A DNA stretch of 64,000 bases, from the NCBI GenBank assembly GCA_001661245.1, contig KV454012.1:1786418-1850417 (forward strand). The letters run 5' to 3'. The notes beneath the pieces were generated by a model, which was not told the origin of the DNA, ran no database searches, and worked only from the letters and a program-made list of their open reading frames with translations. Source of the stretch: Pachysolen tannophilus NRRL Y-2460. Taxonomy: Eukaryota. The position numbers and the translations under genes were made by a program. This document shows, one piece after another, positions 1 to 12,447 of the stretch (position 1 is its first letter; each line of letters opens with the position of its first letter).

Positions 1-96
1 TTTTTATCTGTAGGTGAAGAAGAAGAAGAGGAAGGGTATTACAACTAATTAACTGATAATTTGTTATTGGAAGATTGTACTGAAACTGTTACTTTC

Positions 97-1707
97 ATGC
101 CTGTTGATGATATGGAGAACTCAAGAAATGAGATGAGTTGTACGCGTCTTTATATTGGTGGTATTTCTCCACAGTTAGCGGAGAATATTGAAGAGCTAGA
201 AGATAGGTTATCAAGATATGGGAATATAAAATCATCTATAGAATTGCATAGGAAGCCCACAATTGATAATTTTTTCGGTTTTGTTGATATTGAAATCTTA
301 CCAGAGAAGTTAGCTGATGTGAAAAGGACTTTGAGTGGTTTTAAATTTATGAATTCTAGATTACTGATAAATGTGAGTGATAAGGGTTTTAAGGAACGGT
401 GGAAGGAAGATGCTGAGAGACCTGATTTGTTAGCTGAGGATAGAATAAAGAGAAACAAAATAGCGTTGGCAAGACAGGAAAGAATTGAAAATAGGAATGT
501 ATTTATTAGAGAAGGGGTTTTGGTGAAAGGTAGATTAAGAAAGACCCCGAGAAAGAATTTGAAGAATTTAACTTTTAAAGTTGAAATAAATGGACGAATA
601 AAAATTTTCAAATGTCAAAAGAAAAAGCTTTGGGGTGTTGATAAGAACAGAAAAATTAGGGATTTGACTTTTAAATTTGTAAATAACCAATGGAGAGATG
701 GTAATGATCATGTAATTGAAAGTTTAGAATTGAAAAATAATTTACAAAAAATATTATTGGGAGGTGATATTGTTGAAGCGAAAAATTTAGAATTATCATT
801 GGATGACACTGAAAATAATGAAGAAGAATTACTGGAAGAGAAAAAAAGAAATAACAAGATATTGGAAAATTTGTTTTCGCAATTTGATTTTGAAAAACCT
901 GTTGCTGTAGAAGATATTGATGCCAAAGAATCATCTGGTGAGTCAGAATATGAATATGAAGCTGTTTATAATAGCGATGATCAGGATAAGAACGAAACAG
1001 ATTCATATGGTGTTCCGGAGAAATCATGCACTTCTAATAACTTGCTTGAAGATTTTTTGAAATCTAACCCTATGAATCCAGAAAAAAAACCGTTTGATGA
1101 ACAAGAAGAAGAAGAAGATGATGATGATGATGAAATTTACAAGCAAGTAGAAAGTGATCATGAAAAAGTTGAGGAGAATTTGAAAAAGGCAGTTCAAGAT
1201 ACTGATGAAGAATTCATCCCGACATTTACCAAGAGTATTGAGAAAACAGACATAGAAGAAAATCAAACGGAAAAATTGAGAAGTTTATTAAATCCGGCTG
1301 CTTCAGAGAAGACATCTTCTTCTTTCAAATTATCTGTGGATTCTGATATTGAAGAAGAAAATGACATGAATTATGAGAGTCATAATAATAATAATGGGAG
1401 CGTAACAGCAACGCTATTATCATCAAAGGAATTAAAAGAGATTCAGAAAGTGCAAAATGATGCCAAGCTCTCTTTATTAACATCTGTAAAAAAATCAACA
1501 CATGGTTTGTTTTTTCTGCATTTTGACTCTCCATTTTTAGTGGCTCAATCACAGTTATCTAAATTGGATGTTGGAAGCACACATTCAACTGAAAATTATG
1601 ATGAATGGTTTTACGAAAACAGAGGTCTGCTTAATAGAGAATTTAAAAGAAAAAGAAGAGATGTATTGAGACAGTATAAAAAAAAAATAGTCATTCATCA
1701 AATATGA
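97..1707 (+). CDS. NOP8: Nucleolar 60S biogenesis protein with N-terminal RRM (Nop8)
   Basis: RRM start RLYIGGI. Block GRLRKTPRK..LTFKVEINGRIKIFKCQKKKLWG..LTFKFVNNQWRDG matches recalled Nop8; C-terminal HFDSPFL. Convergent with RIB4, as in S. cerevisiae. First ATG at 97; in-frame alternatives at 112 and 133. Confidence 0.85.
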   Translation: MPVDDMENSRNEMSCTRLYIGGISPQLAENIEELEDRLSRYGNIKSSIELHRKPTIDNFFGFVDIEILPEKLADVKRTLSGFKFMNSRLLINVSDKGFKERWKEDAERPDLLAEDRIKRNKIALARQERIENRNVFIREGVLVKGRLRKTPRKNLKNLTFKVEINGRIKIFKCQKKKLWGVDKNRKIRDLTFKFVNNQWRDGNDHVIESLELKNNLQKILLGGDIVEAKNLELSLDDTENNEEELLEEKKRNNKILENLFSQFDFEKPVAVEDIDAKESSGESEYEYEAVYNSDDQDKNETDSYGVPEKSCTSNNLLEDFLKSNPMNPEKKPFDEQEEEEDDDDDEIYKQVESDHEKVEENLKKAVQDTDEEFIPTFTKSIEKTDIEENQTEKLRSLLNPAASEKTSSSFKLSVDSDIEEENDMNYESHNNNNGSVTATLLSSKELKEIQKVQNDAKLSLLTSVKKSTHGLFFLHFDSPFLVAQSQLSKLDVGSTHSTENYDEWFYENRGLLNREFKRKRRDVLRQYKKKIVIHQI

Positions 1708-1849
1708 TGATTTAAACTTGATGTGTTTTAAGTCTTGTAAATTATGTTTTAGATAAATGAAATGTTGTTTTTTTTTTTTTTTTTTTTCTAAAAAACTTTT
1801 TGAATTTTTATTTCAAGAAATACCATAAATGTAAATAAGTTTCCTTGAT

Positions 1850-2485
<636 letters not shown>

Positions 2486-2532
2486 TTATATTATGATTGA
2501 CTTGTTATAAATGAAAATTTCAGGTAGATATA

Positions 2533-2573
<41 letters not shown>

Positions 2574-2882
2574 GTCCGATAAAAAAACGATTCTCTTTTT
2601 GGACAATTTCTTTTCACTCTTTTTCGTGCAGGAGGCACTGGTTAATTAATACTAACAGTTATAATACCATTCATTAATAGACGAATAGAGATTTGAAGAT
2701 TGAGTTATCATTTACTAGAATTATAATTGGAGAATTGAATTAAAGAAGAAAAATGAAAAAAAGAAAAAAAATTAGCTGCTATACCCAACCTTGTAGTCAA
2801 CCACCATGCTACCCATTGTTTAAAAATGTAAAATTTGAACATCAAATAAATAAATTTCAAAATTGATCAATTAAAGTAAAAT

Positions 2883-3590
2883 TTACTCAAAGACTAGATC
2901 ATTTTTAATTTCTTTATCCATTTGATCTTTTAATTTTTTATATTCATGATAAGTTATCTTTGTCTTATAACCTTCATATTTAATTACTTGTAAATTTTTT
3001 AAATCTAATAATTTTGTACCTGCTGGGCAACCTGCTTTTCTTATTAAATTTTTCAAAGTTTGTTCTTTATCCCAATTTTGTTCTATTGCAACTTCTGGTA
3101 AAAAAGTAGCACCCATTTTTTTAGAATGAAACATAAATGAAATTTTAATACCATTTTTACCTAATTCCCAATCAATTGGATCTTGACATTGTTGAAAATT
3201 CTTCAATAATGTTACAGAACATTCCAATTGATTCAATTCACTTAATCCAATTGGTTTAAACCTAGAATCTTGGAAAGCTGCAATTGTAGCATACTCTCTA
3301 ATCCCTTCTTCTACTTCTAAATCACTAAAACAACCAATACAACCTCTTAATAATCTATTATCAGAATCTTCATCTAAATTATTTGAAGGATCCACTAATA
3401 CATTCCAAGTGACAAATAATGGTGAAGGTGGATCATCTTCTTCTACAGGAAACTTGCAATATTTCTTATAAGTCGATAAGCTATAACTTTTAAAAGAAGA
3501 TGGAGAACCTGAAGATGATTTCCTCAATAATGTCATTAGTAAGCTATCAAATGCCAAAGCAGCATACGGAGAAAACTTTGAGGCACACAT
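2883..3590 (-). CDS. AMMECR1-family protein (YOR289W-like)
   Basis: Signatures PLFVTW, LRGCIG, AAFQDSRF, ATFLPEVA..QNW. Confidence 0.92.
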   Translation of the reverse strand: MCASKFSPYAALAFDSLLMTLLRKSSSGSPSSFKSYSLSTYKKYCKFPVEEDDPPSPLFVTWNVLVDPSNNLDEDSDNRLLRGCIGCFSDLEVEEGIREYATIAAFQDSRFKPIGLSELNQLECSVTLLKNFQQCQDPIDWELGKNGIKISFMFHSKKMGATFLPEVAIEQNWDKEQTLKNLIRKAGCPAGTKLLDLKNLQVIKYEGYKTKITYHEYKKLKDQMDKEIKNDLVFE

Positions 3591-3731
3591 CCTAGCTAGC
3601 TATAGTTCCCCAAGAAAGAAAATTTCAAAATCAACAATTTCAACAAATTGATAAAAATATATATCAAAAAAAAAAAAAATTGATATAGATAAACAGGGAG
3701 AGACACACAATCAATTAATCCATCCCATCTA

Positions 3732-3757
3732 CCTGTGCCTGTGCCTGTGCCTGTGCC
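3732..3757 (+). repeat. (CCTGTG)4 microsatellite in the divergent AMMECR1/PBP1 promoter; a long poly(A) tract follows at about 3817-3850
   Basis: cctgtgcctgtgcctgtgcctgtgcc read directly. Confidence 0.9.
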
Positions 3758-3816
3758 AATACCATTTCCCCCATATTACACTATGCTCCGAAAAGGGAAG
3801 GTGAAAAATTTCAGTG

Positions 3817-3855
<39 letters not shown>

Positions 3856-4405
3856 CAGCGGCAGCAGCAACAAAACAGTAGAAAGGAAAATCTCACAATT
3901 TCCAAATATAGGAATTACTGTAAATAGAGGTGAAAAAGTTTAAATTCCTCAAAACGGAAACCAAGAAAATAAGTTACTTAATATGGATATTTAGTTCGGC
4001 AAAACACTACCAAAGTTTTAAATTTATATTTTTTTTTTGTTTTTTTTTCCTTTCAAAGGGAAATTTGGATGGATGGACATCATCATATAATAAAGTAATC
4101 TAGAATAATTAATCAATTAATTATAATATATTAATATTATATTATTATTATTGATATTATTACCGTAACTTGTGTATGGTTAGTATATTCTTTATTATTT
4201 CCATTTTATTTTTAGTTGAAAAAAACTAATTTTGATTAATGGAGTAATATTGTTGAAGGGGAGTAAATCATAGTAATAATAATAATAATAATAATAATAT
4301 TAATAATAATATTAAAATTAAAATTGAATTATCTATCTTTTTTTACTTTTTTTTGTATGTCATCTATACATTTATATTCCAGTTGAACTTGAAGATAGAT
4401 AGAAT

Positions 4406-7400
4406 ATGTCGAATAATAGTGCCAGTACAAGTACAAGTACAAGTACATCAAACGCTAATCGTTCAAATAGTAATAATAGACATCGTCGTTCCAATTCTAA
4501 AAATTTCAGTACAGGAAAACGATCTCATAGTATTGATAATGCAAATAAGTTGTCTCATCAAGAACAAGTGATTGCCTCACAAAATCAAAGTGATAGGACA
4601 TTATTTTTATTGGCAAACTCCATTGGATCAAAATGCATTGTTACCGTGTCTAGCGGCTCACGTTATATTGGTTTATTATACACAACTTCAGATTTAAATT
4701 CAAAAAATAATGAAATATCAGTTGTTTTAAAATTACCTGAAATTTTCCATATTGCTCGAGGTGATGAACTTGATCCGAATGAAGAATTACCTGAAACTTT
4801 AATTATCGAATATAAAGATTTGGTTGATCTTGAAGTGTTGGATCTTGATTTATCTTCAAAAGCTTTACTGAGTGCTGCTGTGGAATCACCTGTGGCTGTA
4901 ACTGGTACAACTGGTACAACTGCTTCCATTGGTTCAATAAATTCCTCCACTGGAACTGACACGAGTGGCAATTTTTCTCCAAGTTCTACAAATGCTGCCA
5001 CTTCTAATTTACCTTCTCTGAAACATTCAAAAAGTTTTAGGACAGACAGTGATATCTCATCAGATAATGCTATAATTAGAGAAAGAGAATTATTAAAATG
5101 GGTTCCTGAAGAAGATAGTTCTTCAACTACTTTTGGTGGATTAGAAGATGAAACATTGAAAAATTCAAATTCATCATCTTGGGATCAATTTGCTGTTAAC
5201 GAGAAAAAATTTGGTATTACATCTTCATTTGATGAAGAATTATATACTACAAAAATTTCAAAAGATTCTCCAGAATATCAACAACGTTTGAAAATTGCTG
5301 AAAAAATTGCAAAAGAAATTGAAAGTTCTTCTTATAATGGTAATATTCATCTTGCTGAGGAAAGGGGTATAGTAGTTGATGATAGTGGTATCGATGAAGA
5401 AGATAAATATTCCGGTGTTGATAGAAGATCAGATGAGTTAATGGCTGCTCTAAGAGGTAATGGTGTATCTAATGATAATATAAAAAAAATTATCAACAAT
5501 ACATTTGGCAATGGTACTTCTACTACTAGTACTACTACTGATGTTAATAACATTACCTCTGCTTCAGGCTCTTCAGGTTCGGGGAAATATGTTCCACCAA
5601 GACAAAGAGCTGCACATTACCACAACGATCCAGCAATTCTTTCATCATCAGCCATATCTCAAAATAGACAAGGATCAACAACAGTAGGCACTTCCGTATC
5701 TTCTCCTTCATCGTCTTCATCAAATGCAAATAAACCATCTCCTATAACCGTTACTCGCAATAGTGCTGATAATTCTACAGAAAAATCTCAAGGAGTGAAT
5801 CAAAGTGTTGCTGATTCTAATGCAAATGCGAATACCAATATCAATTCCAATTCTGAAAACAGTAAACAAGCTGAAACTTTATCTGAAAAGGCCAAGGCTG
5901 TTAGTGTGACACCAAAACTTCCTCCAACACTACCTCATAAACCTCAGACGAAAAAGACACATTTTAGAAATGAAACTTCAAGAATTAATGCACAATCAGA
6001 AATTAATTCTTTAAAAGAATTTTCTGTTAATTTTAGAATTCCATCTAAATTTCCCGAAGATTTATTATCAATTGTTACTAAAGACAGAATAAAACAAGAA
6101 CAGATCATCAAGAAAGCTGAAGAACTGTCAAAATCTGCCAAATCATCACCTGCTCTTTCTAAAGTGTCAACTACCACTGAATCCACGAGTGCAGCTCCAA
6201 CAACGACTGCCTCTACTGCTACTCCATCTAAATCAGCGCTGGGGGCTAAGAAAGCTTCTACTGTTCCTGAAAAACCAGTTTCTTCTGCATCAGCATCAAC
6301 ACCAAGCGTGGTACCCGCTACTTCAACTAAATCTGGGAATGGAAACACAAACACTAGTGCAAGTACTGGTAGTGTTTATACCAAGAAAAAGATGGACCCT
6401 AGGTCAGCAAGTACTTTTAAGATGAATCCAAATTCAAGTTCTTTTTCACCTTCGAATTTACCATTACCTCCTCTGACTTCACATAGAAATAGCATATATA
6501 ACAAGAATTCTCCATCTCATCAATCTCAAAGTTCACGTGGTAATTCGGTATCTGGAGGTAAGAGAAATCAAAATGCTACACCATATAATTTCTTTGGTAG
6601 TAGAGTTCCAAAAGCAGATCAAAGAACAGGTAATGATTTTACTATACATTTCAACTTATTTTTAGATTTAAGACGGAATAAAATATCTTTGAAAGATAAA
6701 GATGATAATGAAAACAGAGAACAAGAAAAAGATCTGGAGAAGGTGGATAAAAAGGAAATTGATGAATCTAGTTTTTTCAGCCTTTTAGATAAACCGTTTG
6801 TTACTGTTCCTACATGGATATCTACAACTGATGAATCATTTAGAAATTTATTTTCTACTTTACCTGAAAAAGTTGGTCTTTCATCAAGACCAATGTTTTA
6901 TCCACCTCCACCTTCTTCTACTGGTTCAGCAAACTCATCGAATGGTTCAAATAATCCTTCAATACCTACTCCACAAGCCATGACTTCACCAATTCCAGTT
7001 CCATCACCAATGATGCCAACAATGATTCCATTAATGATTCCTCCACAAGGATTTGAAAATGCAGGTATGGCAGGATCACCACAAGGAGGATATATACCGC
7101 CTCACGGGCAGTTCATTCCCGGAGGGTACCCTGTTGGTAATGGATATTTTCCTCAACTGCAGATACCTTATCCTCAGCAACAAGCTAGTAATGGTCATCA
7201 TTACAACAATAGCCATAATAATAGTCATCATCCTCAGCATAATAACAGCATGCACCATGGTAATAATAGCCATCATAATAACAATAGCAACAACAACGGC
7301 AGAAATGGAGGGTTTAGTCCTATGCTTGGTATCCCATTTCAACCTCCTCAAAATGCACCATACGGAAGAATGCCTCCTCAAGGGTATCCTGGAACTTATT

Positions 7401-7429
7401 ACATGCCTCCACCTAGCAGACAATTTTAA
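4406..7429 (+). CDS. PBP1: Ataxin-2 orthologue, Pab1-binding protein (Lsm, LsmAD, low-complexity tail)
   Basis: FRTDSDIS, WDQFAVNEKKFGITSSFDEELYTT, HLAEERG..DDSGIDEEDKYSGV (LsmAD), GKYVPP; P/M/N-rich C-terminus. Confidence 0.95.
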   Translation: MSNNSASTSTSTSTSNANRSNSNNRHRRSNSKNFSTGKRSHSIDNANKLSHQEQVIASQNQSDRTLFLLANSIGSKCIVTVSSGSRYIGLLYTTSDLNSKNNEISVVLKLPEIFHIARGDELDPNEELPETLIIEYKDLVDLEVLDLDLSSKALLSAAVESPVAVTGTTGTTASIGSINSSTGTDTSGNFSPSSTNAATSNLPSLKHSKSFRTDSDISSDNAIIRERELLKWVPEEDSSSTTFGGLEDETLKNSNSSSWDQFAVNEKKFGITSSFDEELYTTKISKDSPEYQQRLKIAEKIAKEIESSSYNGNIHLAEERGIVVDDSGIDEEDKYSGVDRRSDELMAALRGNGVSNDNIKKIINNTFGNGTSTTSTTTDVNNITSASGSSGSGKYVPPRQRAAHYHNDPAILSSSAISQNRQGSTTVGTSVSSPSSSSSNANKPSPITVTRNSADNSTEKSQGVNQSVADSNANANTNINSNSENSKQAETLSEKAKAVSVTPKLPPTLPHKPQTKKTHFRNETSRINAQSEINSLKEFSVNFRIPSKFPEDLLSIVTKDRIKQEQIIKKAEELSKSAKSSPALSKVSTTTESTSAAPTTTASTATPSKSALGAKKASTVPEKPVSSASASTPSVVPATSTKSGNGNTNTSASTGSVYTKKKMDPRSASTFKMNPNSSSFSPSNLPLPPLTSHRNSIYNKNSPSHQSQSSRGNSVSGGKRNQNATPYNFFGSRVPKADQRTGNDFTIHFNLFLDLRRNKISLKDKDDNENREQEKDLEKVDKKEIDESSFFSLLDKPFVTVPTWISTTDESFRNLFSTLPEKVGLSSRPMFYPPPPSSTGSANSSNGSNNPSIPTPQAMTSPIPVPSPMMPTMIPLMIPPQGFENAGMAGSPQGGYIPPHGQFIPGGYPVGNGYFPQLQIPYPQQQASNGHHYNNSHNNSHHPQHNNSMHHGNNSHHNNNSNNNGRNGGFSPMLGIPFQPPQNAPYGRMPPQGYPGTYYMPPPSRQF

Positions 7430-8560
7430 AAGGTTCAATTGTTGAAAAGAAAGAATTAAAAAAGAAGAAATAAAGTAACAAAAAAGGGAAAAATAAATGG
7501 AAATAAGGTAAAAATCTTGAATTTTCATTTAATTAAAAGTATGTGAAGTTTAAATACATTTACAGCCAACCAATCTTAGATATTTGGGAGTCCAACACAA
7601 ATAAAATGCCGAAATTGCTTAAAATCAAGTATTAAAAGAAAGAAAAAATCAAAATAAAATAAAATATTAAAAAAAAAAAGAAAAAGAATGGAAGATTGAA
7701 TCAATATTGATAACTAAAATTCAATAAAAAAAAAAAAAAAAAAAAGAAGAAAAAAACTAATCTAGCGGCTTAATACAAGTGTTGTTGCAAAATCTGATGA
7801 TTTCATTACTATTTCCTTTTTTTTTTTTTTTTACATCTTTTTTTTTTTTTTTACATCCTTGGTACTTCAATTTCAATTTCAATTTTAACGTCTTTTTTAT
7901 GAAAAATAATTGGACAATTTTCTGTAGTTTTGTTTAAAAAGACAAGATTAATTTAATAGTCTTTGCGGGATTAAACGGAAATGAAAGGATTCAAAGAAGT
8001 TTTGGAAAAACTAATCTATCCATTTACTTATTGATTATATGCGTAGAAAAACCTAGAATTCATCATTTGGAAAATATGACAAAAATGACAAAAATGACGA
8101 AAAGGACATTTTTGTGACAGTTTGTGACATTTTGTGACAATGACACAAGCGATGTAAATGACGAATCTCTACTATATAAGTCAGGTGTGATGACCCGAGA
8201 AAAAGGCTGCTGCCGCCGCCACCGCCGCCTTCAAAAAAAAAAAACACAAAGGCTCCAGAAAAGAAAGAAAATCTCCAGAAAACAGCGAGAATATCAGCTC
8301 GTGACCATTTGGAGTTGCAGTTGCGTTCAGCAGACACGACCCAAAACTAAACTTTTTGATTTCTCATCTTCTTTCGGTCGAGAATACTAATTTCATTTTA
8401 ACCAACAGTATATAAATATATATAAATATATAAATATATTATGAACACTTGTTTTTTGTTCATTTAAAATTTTTTTAATTTAATTTTATTAATTAAATTT
8501 GTGAATTATCTTTTATTAATCAATTTTATTAATTTTATTAATTAGATATTATAGAAAAAG

Positions 8561-8872
8561 ATGGTTGCTACAATTACATCAGAGAACGAATTTAAAGAAG
8601 CATTAACCTATTCAGGTTTAGTTGTTGTTGATTTCTTTGCTACTTGGTGTGGACCTTGTAAAATGATTGCTCCTTTATTGGACAAATTTTCTCAAGAATA
8701 TACATCGGCAAAGTTTCTTAAAGTTGATGTTGATCAATTTGGATCTATTGCTCAAGAATATGAAATTTCTTCCATGCCAACTGTGTTACTTTTCAAAGAT
8801 GGTAAAGTTGTCAAGAAAGTCATTGGTGCAAACCCTAGTGCCATTAAACAAGCCATATCTTCTTCAATTTAA
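8561..8872 (+). CDS. TRX2: Cytosolic thioredoxin (TRX1/TRX2 orthologue)
   Basis: VVDFFATWCGPCKMIAP active site; near SER2 like S. cerevisiae TRX2. TATATAAA repeats at about 8409-8438. Confidence 0.93.
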   Translation: MVATITSENEFKEALTYSGLVVVDFFATWCGPCKMIAPLLDKFSQEYTSAKFLKVDVDQFGSIAQEYEISSMPTVLLFKDGKVVKKVIGANPSAIKQAISSSI

Positions 8873-9456
8873 ACAAGGGAAATGAAACTTGATAAGTTGG
8901 TGGGAAAGTATTGATCAATGTTTGCTTTTTTTTTTTTTTTTTGGTTATGGATAATAATTAAAAAGGTTAGTAATATATATATATATATATTATACAATAA
9001 AAAAATTTCTATAGTTTTTTTCATTTTCTTTTTCTTTTTGAGACTTTTGCTTTCTTTCAATTATTGATGAACAATTTACAAGAAAATAAAATTTTACATG
9101 CTGATTAATCTAAATATTGATAATCTTGTAGGGAGGAGGGGGTAGTACTAATTCTAGTTGTAATTGTAGTTGTAGTTACTATCACTTCTTCTAGATAATT
9201 GAAAAAATAAGTTATAAATTAAGAGTACGCTAATATTTCCGTTTTTAGCTGTTTTATGTGTTTTAAATATTTGATACGGCAAGATTCAAAAGTTGTTAAC
9301 ACTTTTTTTTTTTTAAAAAAAATATTTGAAGTTCATTTAAAATTTAAAGATCAAGGATTGAAGGTTAAAGATCAAGGCTTGATGATTAAAGCTTGATGAT
9401 CAAAGCTTGAGTTATTTTGAAAAATTGGGATTTTGGGTGTAAAGTTAAAAAGGAGG

Positions 9457-10446
9457 ATGTCTGGGAAAAGGGAAACTAAGGTTAAAAATTCAAAGTCAAT
9501 ACCTGATATTAATCCAGAACATGAGGAAATGGCAAAAGAGATAACTTTTAAATATATCAAACCAAATTTTAACTGGGAAGATATTGATTTTGAAATATTT
9601 ACAACTATGAGATATGATCCTTCATTAGAAATTGATTATAATGAATTCAATATTGAAGAAGATGATGAGCAAAAAGATAAAGATTTTAATATACATGAAA
9701 ATTTAAATGAATTTGATATTGATTTCTCATCAATGATAATTATTCCATCTTCACAATTTTTCTTATTTGATGAACATTTACATAGATTACAATATACTTT
9801 AAAATTTTTTAAATGGAATTTTAAATTAACAAAACAATATTTTTTAAGTAAATTGAATGAATCAATACAATATTTGGATCATAATCAACCATATAGAATT
9901 AAAGTGACGGTAAATAAAAAAGGTGAACTTCGAGTTGATGTTCTTGAAACTGAAGTAAGGCCAAATTTGATGATTGGATTATTAAATCCAAATGATCAAC
10001 AAACAATATGGAAAGTATATATAGATTCTGCTCCAACATTGATTTCTCCTTTTACTTCTTTCAAAACTACTAAAAGAGATCATTATAATGAATCTCGAAA
10101 GAGAACTTTGAATTTTACAGAAACAATTCCTCCAAAAGATCAAGAAGTCTTGATATATAACGCTGCTGGTCAAATAATGGAAGGTTCTATAACAAATGTT
10201 GCCTTCAAAAGGAAACGTTTTGATGAAGTAAATTCTGCTTTTATTGAAAGATGGGTAACTCCACCTTTATCTACAGGATGCCTTTGTGGTGTAGTAAGAC
10301 ATATGTTGGTTAGAAAAAATATAGTGGAAGAAGAACCCATTTTATTAAAAGATGTTAAAGTTGGTGAAGAAGTTTTATTATTCAATAGCTTGATGGGTGT
10401 AGTTAAAGGTATCATTTGTGAAGATTGGAGGAAAAATATCAATTAA
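9457..10446 (+). CDS. ABZ2: 4-amino-4-deoxychorismate lyase (aminotransferase class IV)
   Basis: FEIFTTMRYDP, SPFTSFKTTKRDHY, MEGSITNVA, WVTPPLSTGCLCGVVR, LFNSLMGV. First ATG at 9457 (the track starts at TTG). Confidence 0.88.
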   Translation: MSGKRETKVKNSKSIPDINPEHEEMAKEITFKYIKPNFNWEDIDFEIFTTMRYDPSLEIDYNEFNIEEDDEQKDKDFNIHENLNEFDIDFSSMIIIPSSQFFLFDEHLHRLQYTLKFFKWNFKLTKQYFLSKLNESIQYLDHNQPYRIKVTVNKKGELRVDVLETEVRPNLMIGLLNPNDQQTIWKVYIDSAPTLISPFTSFKTTKRDHYNESRKRTLNFTETIPPKDQEVLIYNAAGQIMEGSITNVAFKRKRFDEVNSAFIERWVTPPLSTGCLCGVVRHMLVRKNIVEEEPILLKDVKVGEEVLLFNSLMGVVKGIICEDWRKNIN

Positions 10447-10541
10447 TTTTCAAGTTATTATTTTACTTTATTTAAATTTTTTGTCTGTATATATATATAT
10501 ATTCTTTAACTGAATAAATCTCTATAAGAAAATTATTATCT

Positions 10542-11474
10542 CTATTCTAATAAACTTTTTATTTCATTATCATCATATCCTAAAATGTAAAAAATATCTT
10601 TTAAAGATTTTGAATTTAAACTACAAGGAGCTAATTCTTGAACTTTTGGTTTTGCATTCCATGCAATACCCCAACCTGCAACACTCATCATTTTCAAATC
10701 ATTAGCACCATCACCTACAGCGACAGCATCATCATAAGAAATAGAATTCTCGTCTGCAATTTGTTTCAATAAATCGGCTTTTCTATTACCATCAACAACT
10801 TCTCCATAGGTAATACCACTAAAAATTTGTTTCCCACCACTTGGATCAATCATTGTTTGTAAATTATTAGCAAATGCATAATCTAATTTTAATTCGTTTG
10901 CCACATAATCTGCTAAAGGTTGGAACCCACCACTCAATACAGCTAATTTACATCCCATTTTCTTTAAACCTTTTGTAAGTTCATATGCTCCATTAGTAAT
11001 TTGAATTTTTAATTTCAAATCTTCCCAAATACTAGAATCAATACCTTTCAACAATTTCACTCTAGCTGCTAATGATTGCTTAAAATCAATTTCTCCATTC
11101 ATTGCCAGCGTAGTAATCTCAGCAACTTTATCTTCCACCCCTGCGTAAGCAGCAATTAACTCTATAACTTCTTGATATATTAAAGTCGAATCCATATCAA
11201 ATACAAAAAGTTTTTTAACTTTCCTAGAATCGCTATTTTTTTGCAAAATCAAATCGGTATCCAATTTATTAAACTTACTAAAATCTCTTACCAAACTTCT
11301 AATGGAATTAAAATCTAAATCTGAATTAAACTGATAGTCTACAACTCTATTTTCACTCAAAATTTTTGTCATGACATTTTTCATAGGTACAACTGATATC
11401 AACTTTTCAAGAAGATCACCATAAGAAAGAGCCAAAACAGCAGTACGCGAAATAGCTGTAATTGAATACGACAT
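10542..11474 (-). CDS. SER2: Phosphoserine phosphatase (HAD family)
   Basis: FVFDMDSTLIYQEVIELIAAYAG, VLSGGF, AVGDGANDL, AWNAKPKVQ. Confidence 0.96.
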   Translation of the reverse strand: MSYSITAISRTAVLALSYGDLLEKLISVVPMKNVMTKILSENRVVDYQFNSDLDFNSIRSLVRDFSKFNKLDTDLILQKNSDSRKVKKLFVFDMDSTLIYQEVIELIAAYAGVEDKVAEITTLAMNGEIDFKQSLAARVKLLKGIDSSIWEDLKLKIQITNGAYELTKGLKKMGCKLAVLSGGFQPLADYVANELKLDYAFANNLQTMIDPSGGKQIFSGITYGEVVDGNRKADLLKQIADENSISYDDAVAVGDGANDLKMMSVAGWGIAWNAKPKVQELAPCSLNSKSLKDIFYILGYDDNEIKSLLE

Positions 11475-11909
11475 AACTCAATATTTTATATCTATAGATT
11501 ACCTCAAACCCCAGAATCAAAAATTATCACTTTAGTTGAACACAACTTAAACGTCGATTTAGATCTATCTCTGTATTCCACGGAAAAGAAGTTAAAAAAA
11601 AAAAAATTAAGTGAAAAATTTAAAGTAGTGCTGCACATATCAAATCTACTAAAAAGGAAATGTTTTTTGAAAGTGCTTTTGGACATTTACAAGCAGCGGT
11701 ATTATTAATTGTTCCTTTATTATAATATATATATATATAAACCTGAAAAAAAAAAAGGATTAACAACCCAATCTAAAATGCCTCCAATAAATCCATCCGT
11801 AGTTCTAAATTCTGTAAAAATTATAAAGTATCCAAAACTAAAAAAAAAACTGTAAAAAATCCTAAAAGTACAAAAACCAAAAACCTCTTCATCGGCAGTT
11901 TTCAAATTC

Positions 11910-12416
11910 CTAAGAAATAGTAATCAGAGTAATTCCATCGTTTTCAATCAAGACTTCGTAGCTAATCCTATTATAAAAATATAAATTGGTGATTCCCCAA
12001 TCTTTAGATCTGTCAGGAGTTTTCTTTATGAAGGAATCATTATTATTTTTATGTTTTCCATTGGCTTCGGTTGAACAATCAACAATGTTATAATTTCCAT
12101 TTGAAGTCTCCAAAAATGACTGATTTTTAACGGAAGCTGTTATATTTGTTTTATTTGAATTTGACAATGACAAATCATTAATATTGTTATTGAGTGTTTT
12201 TTGATCGGAATGGTCATTACCATTAGTGTTGTTGTTATTAGTCTCGGTGTTACGATGGACATGTTCTGGTTTGTTTTCTATATTGAGATTATCTTCAAAA
12301 TTTCCATTTACGTTATCTCCTACTAATTTATCTTCTGGATGCTCACCATCTTCTTTGTGATTGTTGCAGCTGTGATGATTATTATTACTATTGATATTGT
12401 TATTTTCAAAATCATT

Positions 12417-12447
<31 letters not shown>

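Noticed and set aside
9346..9410. Repeats containing TGATGA (box C-like) before ABZ2
   Set aside because: No box D or rRNA antisense element; short local duplications.
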